The notes below the pieces were generated by a model. That model made no database searches and had not been told where the DNA came from. It saw only the letters and a program-made list of their open reading frames with translations. Made by a program: the position numbers and the translations under genes. Source: an uncultured Bacilli bacterium (GTDB lineage: Bacteria > Bacillota_I > Bacilli_A > RFN20 > CAG-826). From it: DNA of 64,000 nt. Position 1 is the first letter of the stretch, and every line of letters starts with the position of its first letter. Of the stretch, positions 39,678 through 47,526 are shown in pieces. Where the stretch lies: assembly GCA_944363525.1 (NCBI GenBank), contig CALVUF010000004.1, positions 81,139-145,138 of the forward strand, read 5' to 3'.

Positions 39678-40440
39678 CGACGATCTCCTTTAGGAATTCT
39701 TTTTGGTCGGCTTCAAGCAAGGCGGCCTGGATCTGATGGTGGAGGCATTCCTTCCGCAAGTCGGAATACAACTCATGGGTTTTGAGCCCATCGGTCAAAA
39801 CCGGGTTCAGCCCTTCCTTCATTAAGGATAGGAAAGTGGGGGTATCGCTGACCTCAATCGGGGTTTGGAGGGCAGCCACCAAGCTTTTGGTTAGGCGATC
39901 ATTCAATGCTTCCTCGGCGTTTTTGATCCGGGCGGGGTTATAACGGAGGGCGATCTTGCCTTCTTTCTCGCCGGCTAAATCCAAGATGAAGGGTAGAGAT
40001 TTATTCAGACAATAATCCATCGCTTGGGTTTGATTGGCCTTTAAGACCACTCCGGCGATCCCTTTACCTTGATAACTTAAAGCCAACTCGCAAATCGATA
40101 AATCATCGGCTTCCAGCAACAGCTGGCCGGCTTTCTTGGTTTCGGCCTTCGCCATCTCTAAGCCAGCGATGGCCGAATCGATTACATCCTTAGGGGTTAA
40201 GCCGTTTTCCAAATGGTTATGGGGATTGAAAGCGATCTCCGAATAGTCCGAACCATGGTTATGGCGGTAGAAGAAAGCGGCATCGAAGGCATAGGTGAGG
40301 GTCTCGACGCTTTGGAGGAGGGTGGTTTCCTTTCCTTTATAGGAAGCCGCCGATTCACCGGATTGGTGATTGGATTTGCATAGGCGGGAGAGGGCGTCTT
40401 CGTCTAGTCCGGCGCCCAAGGGGAGGTCTAAGTCGATCAT
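39646..40440 (-). CDS. adenosine deaminase-like protein, truncated/degenerate (metal-binding HxH and HAGE motifs not evident)
   Basis: MIDLDLPLGAGLDEDAL vs the ADA N-terminus, SEIAFNPH vs ADA V-E-V-R-Y-S-P-H, QTQAMDYCLNKSLPFILDLAGEKEG vs ADA IDLAGDE. 264 aa, ~70 aa short of full length. No SD, and TATAAT sits 9 nt before the ATG (leaderless?). Confidence 0.35.
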   Translation of the reverse strand: MIDLDLPLGAGLDEDALSRLCKSNHQSGESAASYKGKETTLLQSVETLTYAFDAAFFYRHNHGSDYSEIAFNPHNHLENGLTPKDVIDSAIAGLEMAKAETKKAGQLLLEADDLSICELALSYQGKGIAGVVLKANQTQAMDYCLNKSLPFILDLAGEKEGKIALRYNPARIKNAEEALNDRLTKSLVAALQTPIEVSDTPTFLSLMKEGLNPVLTDGLKTHELYSDLRKECLHHQIQAALLEADQKEFLKEIVDGINARPEDI

Positions 40441-40514
40441 AGTGAGGCCATTATAGCCAAATTGGGGATAAGAAGTAAAAGAAAACCCCGATGCTATCGG
40501 GGGAAGTGACGAGA

Positions 40515-40588
40515 TGGAGCAAGCGGCGGGAATCGAACCCGTGTATTTACCTTGGCAAGGTAATGTTCTACCATTGAACTACGCCTGC
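40515..40588 (-). tRNA. tRNA-Gly (anticodon GCC)
   Basis: Reverse complement folds: acceptor GCAGGCG/CGCTTGC, anticodon loop TTGCCAA, T-loop TTCGATT, CCA. Confidence 0.85.
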
Positions 40589-40610
40589 GGTTGCCTGTTT
40601 AGGCTCGTGT

Positions 40611-40639
40611 ATTATATGCACGTCCTATAGCGGTTTCAA
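40611..40639 (-). promoter_or_regulatory. sigma70-like promoter for minus-strand tRNA-Gly
   Basis: On the minus strand, TTGAAA-17nt-TATAAT about 22 nt upstream of the tRNA 5' end. Confidence 0.5.
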
Positions 40640-40696
40640 GTGGAACATTTAATTGCATGATTATATAATCTTGCCCGGACATTAGGAGGTTGCGAT

Positions 40697-42346
40697 ATGA
40701 GCACCAATGCCGATTTAGCCGAACTCCTCTTCCCCGACGTCAACTTGACCATCGAGGACCTGGAAAAGAAATACCCGCCCCGGAATCTACCCGAGGGCGC
40801 CCAAGTCACCCGGTTCGCCCCGAGCCCGACCGGATTCCTCCACACCGGCTCGCTTTTCACTTCGATGGTTTCCTATTTGACCGCGAAGAAAAGCGGTGGG
40901 GTTTACTTCTTCCGGCTTGAGGACACCGACACCAAGCGGACCATCGAAGGGTCGGGCGATCTTTTGATCAGCCAGCTTTCGGAATTCGGGATCGTGGCCG
41001 ACGAAGGCTATTTCCCTGACGGGGACAAAGGGGACTATGGACCCTATAAGCAGTCGGAACGGAAAGAGATTTACCGGACCGTCATCAAGGAACTGGTGAA
41101 GATCGGCCGGGCTTATCCCGACTTCTGCACCCCGGAGGACTTAGATGCCATCCGGAAATTTCAGGAAGCCCATAAGATTCTTCCTGGCTATTACGGGGCC
41201 TATGCCCGCGACCGGAACCTTTCGGTCGATGAGCGGATTGCCAAGATCAAGGTTGGGACCCCTTGGGTCATCCGGTTCAAGAGCAATGGCGACCATGACA
41301 AGAAGACCAAGTTCACCGATGCCATCCGGGGCGAGATCGAGCTTCAGGACAATGACACCGATGTCGTCATCTTAAAGTCCGATGGCCTTCCGACGTATCA
41401 TTTCGCCCACGTCTGCGATGATCACTTCATGCGGACGACCATCATCACCCGCGGGGAGGAATGGATCCCCTCGACCCCGATCCATCTCGATATGTTCCGA
41501 GCTTTGGGATGGAAGGCGCCGAAATATGCCCATATCCCCTCGATCATGAAATTAGACCACGGGAACAAGCGGAAGCTCTCCAAGCGGAAGGATCCGGAGG
41601 CCGCCGTCTCCTACTTCCTCGACAATGGGTACTGCCCGCAGGCGTTATTGGTCTATCTGATGTCGATCGCCAACTCGAACTTCGAGGAATGGTCGATCGC
41701 CCACAAGTCCTTTGACTTGAAGGAATTCCCCTTCTCCTTGAAGAAGATGAGCCTCGATGGGGCTTTATTCGATGAGGGTAAGCTCAATTACTTCTCGAAA
41801 GAAGTCATCGCCAAGATGCCCTTAGCCGAGCTCTTCGACGCCGTCTCTTCTTACGCCCATGCCCATGATGAGAAATTCGCTGCCCGGATCGATGCCGACC
41901 CGGAATACATCAAGAAGATCCTCAACATCGAGAAAGACCGGAAGAACCCGCGTAAGGACTACGCCAAGTATTCCGATATCTATCCGCTGATCCGTTTCTT
42001 CTTCCATGATGAATGGAAGAACATGTTCCAGCATGGCTTGCCCTTCGCCCAGGATAAGGCCTTGGTTAAGGAAGTGCTTTCTGACTTAAAGGAACACATG
42101 CTCTTCCACACTGATGAGAACGCCTGGTGGAACGGGGTCAAGGAAATTGGCGAGGCCCATGGGTTCGCCATTTCCAACAAAGACTACAAAGCCAATCCGG
42201 AGAAGTATAAAGGCTCGGTCTCCGACTGTGCCGAGATCCTCCGGGTCGCCATCACCGGCTCGACCCAATCCCCGAATCTCCACGAGATCCTTGAGATCTT
42301 AGGGGAGACGGAAGTGAAGGCCCGGTTAGAAGAAATCGTCGCCTGA
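40697..42346 (+). CDS. gltX: glutamate--tRNA ligase (GluRS)
   Basis: Class I motifs PSPTGFLHTG (HIGH) and KLSKRK (KMSKS). RLEDTD. AGGAGG SD. Confidence 0.8.
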   Translation: MSTNADLAELLFPDVNLTIEDLEKKYPPRNLPEGAQVTRFAPSPTGFLHTGSLFTSMVSYLTAKKSGGVYFFRLEDTDTKRTIEGSGDLLISQLSEFGIVADEGYFPDGDKGDYGPYKQSERKEIYRTVIKELVKIGRAYPDFCTPEDLDAIRKFQEAHKILPGYYGAYARDRNLSVDERIAKIKVGTPWVIRFKSNGDHDKKTKFTDAIRGEIELQDNDTDVVILKSDGLPTYHFAHVCDDHFMRTTIITRGEEWIPSTPIHLDMFRALGWKAPKYAHIPSIMKLDHGNKRKLSKRKDPEAAVSYFLDNGYCPQALLVYLMSIANSNFEEWSIAHKSFDLKEFPFSLKKMSLDGALFDEGKLNYFSKEVIAKMPLAELFDAVSSYAHAHDEKFAARIDADPEYIKKILNIEKDRKNPRKDYAKYSDIYPLIRFFFHDEWKNMFQHGLPFAQDKALVKEVLSDLKEHMLFHTDENAWWNGVKEIGEAHGFAISNKDYKANPEKYKGSVSDCAEILRVAITGSTQSPNLHEILEILGETEVKARLEEIVA

Positions 42347-42443
42347 CTCTGAAAAGGCCCGCAAAAAGGGAAGGAAAAACATGAAATCGCCATGGGGGTG
42401 AGAGCCTCTATGGCTTTTTGGTTCGGCTAATTCCGGTTTTTTC

Positions 42444-42472
42444 TTGATATCTGCAAGATGACGTAGTTTAAT
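42444..42472 (+). promoter_or_regulatory. sigma70-like promoter for tRNA-Glu
   Basis: TTGATA-17nt-TTTAAT, 15 nt upstream of the tRNA. Confidence 0.5.
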
Positions 42473-42487
42473 ATGCACCGACCCCAC

Positions 42488-42562
42488 GGCCCCATGGTCA
42501 ATCGGTTAAGACGGGACCCTCTCAAGGTCCAATGGCTGGTTCGACTCCAGCTGGGGTCACCA
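42488..42562 (+). tRNA. tRNA-Glu (anticodon CUC)
   Basis: Acceptor GGCCCCA/TGGGGTC, D-loop with GG, anticodon stem GGACC/GGTCC with loop CTCTCAA, T-loop TTCGACT, CCA. Confidence 0.75.
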
Positions 42563-42574
42563 AATCACCAATCC

Positions 42575-42598
42575 GCCTGATTCGTTCAGGCCTTTTTT
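42575..42598 (+). terminator. rho-independent terminator after tRNA-Glu
   Basis: GCCTGA-TTCGT-TCAGGC followed by CTTTTTTAT. Confidence 0.7.
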
Positions 42599-42647
42599 AT
42601 GCCTTCTGCTTCCTTGTTGCCTTTCCTTTATTTATATTAGTACGCGT

Positions 42648-44852
42648 ATGAAGATAACTGCTTTGCCTAGTGGGGAGTTCCGGTTGGAAGGACGGAACTC
42701 GACCCGGATCCTGTCTTTCCTTTCCCCGGTCGCTTTTCGAATCCATGACCTCGATTCGTTGCCGTCAGCCGCCGTCCCGAAATTGAGTGTCTTAGCCGAT
42801 GGGGCGGAGGCGAGTGATAATGTCATTGAATATGAATCGTTGAAGATCGAGTTCGACGAGGATTTGAACTTCGTCGTCTATTTTAATGGGGCCAAAGCCT
42901 TGGTTGCCTCTGCTTATCGTCCCGCCCAATTGACCCATGATGACGTCGACATCGCCAAGAAGGAAGGCCATGATTCCGGATCTTCCGATAGTTCGATCGG
43001 CGGCCTCTCGTTTGAATTCACTGGCCCGGTCTATGGCTTAGGCGACAAGACCGGCCCCCTTGATAAGCGGGGCTATGCCTACATCAACTGGAACACCGAT
43101 GACCCCCATCCCCATGTCGAGACTTTCAAGTCGCTTTATAAGTCGATTCCTTTCTTGCTCCTATTCAAGCCTGAACTAACGGTTGGCCTCTTCTTCGACA
43201 ATACCTCCCTTTGCCGTTTCGACATCGGGAAAGAGGATCCGGATTACGTTACCTACGGCTACTCGGCGGGGGGTTTGGACCTTTATTGCTTCTTCGGGGC
43301 GATGCCCGACGTCATCGCCGACTACACTTCCATCGCCGGTCGGAACCCGTTGCCGCCGCGTTGGGCCTTAGGGGCCCAGCAAAGCCGGTGGGGCTATGTC
43401 TGTGAGCAAGATGTCTTGGATGTGGTTGAAGGATATAAGAAAGCTGATATTCCATTGTCCGCCGTCTATCTTGATATTGATTACATGGACCGTTATATGG
43501 ACTTCACCGTCGATAAGAAACGGTTCCCCGATATGAAGGGCTTGACCGATAGACTAAAGAAGGAAGGTATCCACCTCATCCCGATCGTCGATGCCGGGGT
43601 CAAGGCCTTAGAAGGCTATAAGATCTACGATGAGGGGATAAAGAACGGCTATTTCTCGACCCTTGATGGCGCGGTCTACCATAACGAAGTCTGGCCCGGC
43701 GATTCGGTCTTCCCGGCCTTCATCAATCCGAAGGTCCAGGAATGGTGGTCGGATAAGGTCGCCGATTTCCTAAATGAAACCGGGATCGGGGGCATCGAGA
43801 ACGACATGAACGAGCCGGCTTCCTTCAAAGGTCCCTTGCCCTTAGACGTCGAGATGGGCGGGCTGAAACACGAATTAGCCCATAACATCTATGGCCATTA
43901 TATGGATAAGGCGACTTATAAAGGGTTCATCAAAGCCAAAAAGCGACCATATGTCATCACTAGAGCCGCCTATGCCGGGACGCCTCGTTATGCCGGGGCC
44001 TGGACCGGGGACAACAATTCGATCTATGACCATCTCCGGCTAAGCATCCCCCAATTGGCCAACCTCTCCTTAAGCGGCTTCGCCAACATCGGGGTCGATA
44101 TCGGCGGATTCGGGGGCGATTGCCCGGACCATCTGCTGCAAAGATTCATCAACGCTTCGATCTTGTCGACGGTTTTGCGGAACCATTCCTCGATTGGGAC
44201 CCGTCATCAAGAGCCCTATGCCTTCGATAAGAAGACCGAGGATATTTACCGCCGAGCCATTTTGACTCGTTATGAGATATTGCCGACCATTTACGATACC
44301 CTTTTTCTCAATCTTTCCAGTGGGTTAGCCGTCCTCCGTCCTTTGGTCTATAACTTCCCCGAGGAAAAGGATGTCTATAACGACAATAGTGCCATCATGC
44401 TCGGCGAATCGTTGCTTTTGGCTCCGTCTTTAATGGCGGGCGAGCAAAAACGGGCGGTCTATTTCCCCGATGATTTCTATTCCTACTTCGACCATAAACT
44501 CCATAAGAAAGGCTATGAAATCATCGAGGCTGATGAAAGGGCTTTGAACCTCTTCGTCCGCGACCATTCGATCGTGGTCTTGAACCCGGTCGGGACTAAG
44601 ACGACCGAATTCAGCCCGACTTTGCGGCTTCTTTGGACCGGAAATGAAGCCGCTTGTTACCATTACGAGGATGAGGGAAATGGGCTTGGCTATACCAAAG
44701 GCGAATATAACCTCTACCTCATCCAAGCCGACGAAGAGCATGGCCTTTCGATCGTCCCGGTCCATCTGGGGATGCCGACCCATTATAAGGAAGTGGTCAT
44801 CGAGACGATGGACGGGCAAACGCTCCGTCGGGATTTTGCCTTAAAAGATTAG
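42648..44852 (+). CDS. glycoside hydrolase family 31 alpha-glucosidase
   Basis: GIGGIENDMNEPASF contains the GH31 catalytic nucleophile motif (DMNEP). 734 aa. Confidence 0.8.
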   Translation: MKITALPSGEFRLEGRNSTRILSFLSPVAFRIHDLDSLPSAAVPKLSVLADGAEASDNVIEYESLKIEFDEDLNFVVYFNGAKALVASAYRPAQLTHDDVDIAKKEGHDSGSSDSSIGGLSFEFTGPVYGLGDKTGPLDKRGYAYINWNTDDPHPHVETFKSLYKSIPFLLLFKPELTVGLFFDNTSLCRFDIGKEDPDYVTYGYSAGGLDLYCFFGAMPDVIADYTSIAGRNPLPPRWALGAQQSRWGYVCEQDVLDVVEGYKKADIPLSAVYLDIDYMDRYMDFTVDKKRFPDMKGLTDRLKKEGIHLIPIVDAGVKALEGYKIYDEGIKNGYFSTLDGAVYHNEVWPGDSVFPAFINPKVQEWWSDKVADFLNETGIGGIENDMNEPASFKGPLPLDVEMGGLKHELAHNIYGHYMDKATYKGFIKAKKRPYVITRAAYAGTPRYAGAWTGDNNSIYDHLRLSIPQLANLSLSGFANIGVDIGGFGGDCPDHLLQRFINASILSTVLRNHSSIGTRHQEPYAFDKKTEDIYRRAILTRYEILPTIYDTLFLNLSSGLAVLRPLVYNFPEEKDVYNDNSAIMLGESLLLAPSLMAGEQKRAVYFPDDFYSYFDHKLHKKGYEIIEADERALNLFVRDHSIVVLNPVGTKTTEFSPTLRLLWTGNEAACYHYEDEGNGLGYTKGEYNLYLIQADEEHGLSIVPVHLGMPTHYKEVVIETMDGQTLRRDFALKD

Positions 44853-44938
44853 ACATCGTCTAATTGGGCCGACCTATTTGCTTCGCAGGAAGGGGTTTTG
44901 AGCATACAATAGGCAAGTTGTTTAGTTGAGGGCAACTT

Positions 44939-46540
44939 ATGGCAAGCAAATTCATCTTCGTGACCGGTGGGGTCGTTTCGAGTTTAGGCAAAGGCATTTC
45001 CGCCTCCTCTATCGGGATGCTGCTTAAGCTCCGGGGATTGAAGGTGTTCATGCAGAAGTTCGACCCCTATCTCAACGTCGACCCCGGGACCATGTCCCCT
45101 TATCAGCATGGGGAAGTCTACGTCACCGAAGACGGGGCCGAGACCGACCTCGACATCGGCCATTATGAACGCTGGCTCGACGTGAATTTGACCAAAGAGA
45201 GCTCGGTCACTTCCGGCAAGATCTATTCTTCGGTCATCGCTAGGGAACGGCGGGGCGATTACCTCGGGGCCACCGTTCAGGTCATCCCCCATGTGACCAA
45301 TGAGATCAAAGCCCGATTGATGGAGGCGGCGAAAGTCAGCGATGCCGACGTCGTCATCACTGAGATCGGGGGGACGGTCGGCGATATCGAATCCTTGCCG
45401 TTCTTAGAGGCCATCCGGCAAGCTCGGCTGGAATTCGGCTATGAGAATACCTTGTTTTTGCACAATACCTTGGTCCCTTATCTGAAGACCAGCGAGGAGA
45501 GCAAGACCAAGCCGACCCAGCATTCGGTCAAGGAACTGACCGGCTTAGGAATTCAGCCCGATGCCATCATCCTCCGGAGCGAAGTCCCGTTATCGACCCA
45601 TACCAGAGAGAAGGTCTCCTTATTCTGCAACGTCCCCTTAAACGGGGTCTTTGAGGCCGATGACTGCCCTTGTTTATATGAACTGCCGATTAAGCTCCAT
45701 AACCAGGGAATCGACGATTATGTCCTGAATCACTTTCGGATCAGTGCTCCGGCCCCCGATTTAAGCGCCCTCAACGACTTGATCGAGCGGATCAAGTACT
45801 TAAAGAAGCGAACCACCATCGCCTTGGTCGGCAAATACGTTGAGCTCAAAGACGCCTACCTTTCGGTCTATCAGGCCTTGAAGGCGGCCGGCTATGCCCT
45901 AGATAGCGAAGTCCGGGTCAAGTGGGTCAAGTCGATGGACTTAACCGAAGATAACCTCGACGCCACCTTAGGCGACGTCGATGGGATATTGGTCCCCGGG
46001 GGCTTTGGCAAACGGGGCTCAGAAGGGAAGAAGCTGGCCATTAAATATGCTCGAGAGCACAAGATCCCTTTCCTCGGCATTTGCTTTGGGATGCAGCTGG
46101 CGGTCATCGAGTTCTGCCAGGACGTTTTAGGTTACAGAGGAGCCGATTCGACCGAATTCGACCCCGAATGCGAATTCCCCATCATCGATTACCTCCATGG
46201 TCAGCATGAGGGGATCGACATGGGCGGAACCCTCCGGCTCGGGGGCTATGAATGCGAACTCCAAGAGGGAAGCCTGGCCTATTCCTTATATGGGAAGAAA
46301 CTCATTAAGGAAAGACACCGGCACCGTTATGAGGTCAACCCGTCTTTGAAGAAGGAGCTGGAGGGGAGCGATCTAGTCGTCTCCGGCACCAACCCGGGGA
46401 CAGGGTTAGTCGAGATCGTCGAATTGAAGAACCATCCTTTCTTCATCGCCTGCCAATTCCATCCGGAATTCACCTCCCGGCCTTCCAAACCCAATCCCCT
46501 CTTCCAAGGATTCATCGCCGCCTCTATTGCGGGGAAATAG
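44939..46540 (+). CDS. pyrG: CTP synthase
   Basis: MASKFIFVTGGVVSSLGKGI N-terminus. GATase domain GICFGMQLAV with catalytic Cys. 533 aa. Confidence 0.95.
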   Translation: MASKFIFVTGGVVSSLGKGISASSIGMLLKLRGLKVFMQKFDPYLNVDPGTMSPYQHGEVYVTEDGAETDLDIGHYERWLDVNLTKESSVTSGKIYSSVIARERRGDYLGATVQVIPHVTNEIKARLMEAAKVSDADVVITEIGGTVGDIESLPFLEAIRQARLEFGYENTLFLHNTLVPYLKTSEESKTKPTQHSVKELTGLGIQPDAIILRSEVPLSTHTREKVSLFCNVPLNGVFEADDCPCLYELPIKLHNQGIDDYVLNHFRISAPAPDLSALNDLIERIKYLKKRTTIALVGKYVELKDAYLSVYQALKAAGYALDSEVRVKWVKSMDLTEDNLDATLGDVDGILVPGGFGKRGSEGKKLAIKYAREHKIPFLGICFGMQLAVIEFCQDVLGYRGADSTEFDPECEFPIIDYLHGQHEGIDMGGTLRLGGYECELQEGSLAYSLYGKKLIKERHRHRYEVNPSLKKELEGSDLVVSGTNPGTGLVEIVELKNHPFFIACQFHPEFTSRPSKPNPLFQGFIAASIAGK

Positions 46541-46561
46541 ACGTTCGTTTATCATTCGCTT

Positions 46562-47455
46562 ATGCGCAAAAGAGCCTTGCTGATCCTCTCTTCGGCCTCG
46601 GGCCATCGGCTCGGCGAGAAGAAAATAACTGAGGTTCTGCGCTTTTTGGCCCCCTCGTTCGATGAATTGGATTGCTATCGGCTCAGCGATTTCGACGCTG
46701 ACCGGGTGAAGCTGGCCGCCCTAGCCGAGAATTACGAGGCTTTTCTCATCTCCGGAGGGGACGGGACCTTCAACCATATCCTCGATACCTTATGCAAACT
46801 CGACAAAATCCCGGTGCTCGGCTATCTGAACTCCGGGACGATTGGGGACGTGGGGCGGAACTATGGGATTGGGAAGAACCTGCTCCGGTCCTTGCGGATA
46901 ATCAAAGACGGGTACGTGACCGCCTCCGACGTCATGCGGATCAACGATTCCCACTTCGCCTATATGGCGGCCATCGGGGCCTATGCCGACATCGCCTATA
47001 GCGCACCCCGCTTCATGAAAGCCATCGCCGGGCGCTTAGCCTATTACGATTTGGCTTTGAAGGAAGCTTTTAAGAAGCATTCGGTCCATATCCGCCTATC
47101 CTTCGAAGATGGCTCGGTCCTTGAATACGACACGCCGTTCCTCTTGCTTTTAAACGGCCGGAAGGTCGGCGGGTTCACGGTCAACCGAAAATCCCGCATC
47201 GACGATGGGGTATTCGAGATCTACGTTACCAAAAAAGGTCCTTTCAACGGGCTGCTCCATTACCTTCCTTTTAACCGGATTCGCCCGATCAAAGCTCGCA
47301 AAGTAACGATTGAAACGGATTATTCCGGCCCTTGGTGCTTAGATGGCGAACCGGGGCCGATCGGCAATGTCGAGGTCGAGGTTTTGCCCCAGAAAATCAC
47401 CATCTTTTGCAGCGAGCGCCATGGCCAATGCCATTTAGACGAACTTTTGCGCTAA
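46562..47455 (+). CDS. diacylglycerol kinase-family lipid kinase (YegS/DagK-like)
   Basis: GGDGTFNHIL catalytic motif. 297 aa. Confidence 0.7.
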   Translation: MRKRALLILSSASGHRLGEKKITEVLRFLAPSFDELDCYRLSDFDADRVKLAALAENYEAFLISGGDGTFNHILDTLCKLDKIPVLGYLNSGTIGDVGRNYGIGKNLLRSLRIIKDGYVTASDVMRINDSHFAYMAAIGAYADIAYSAPRFMKAIAGRLAYYDLALKEAFKKHSVHIRLSFEDGSVLEYDTPFLLLLNGRKVGGFTVNRKSRIDDGVFEIYVTKKGPFNGLLHYLPFNRIRPIKARKVTIETDYSGPWCLDGEPGPIGNVEVEVLPQKITIFCSERHGQCHLDELLR

Positions 47456-47462
47456 TTTTTCT

Positions 47463-47490
47463 TTGAATTTGCCTTTCCCTTGTCTACAAT
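47463..47490 (+). promoter_or_regulatory. sigma70-like promoter
   Basis: TTGAAT-16nt-TACAAT. GGAGGGAG SD before the 47527 ATG. Confidence 0.45.
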
Positions 47491-47526
47491 TTAGTAAAGC
47501 AATCGCATTTTGCGGAGGGAGCCAAT

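Noticed and set aside
39678-39760. Purine riboswitch upstream of the pbuG-like permease
   Set aside because: The permease start overlaps the preceding ADA-like ORF on the same strand, so no free 5' UTR is available.
40589-40696. T-box or other leader upstream of gltX
   Set aside because: The interval is only ~100 nt and is occupied by the divergent tRNA-Gly promoter and a short gltX promoter/SD. There is no specifier/antiterminator-like structure.
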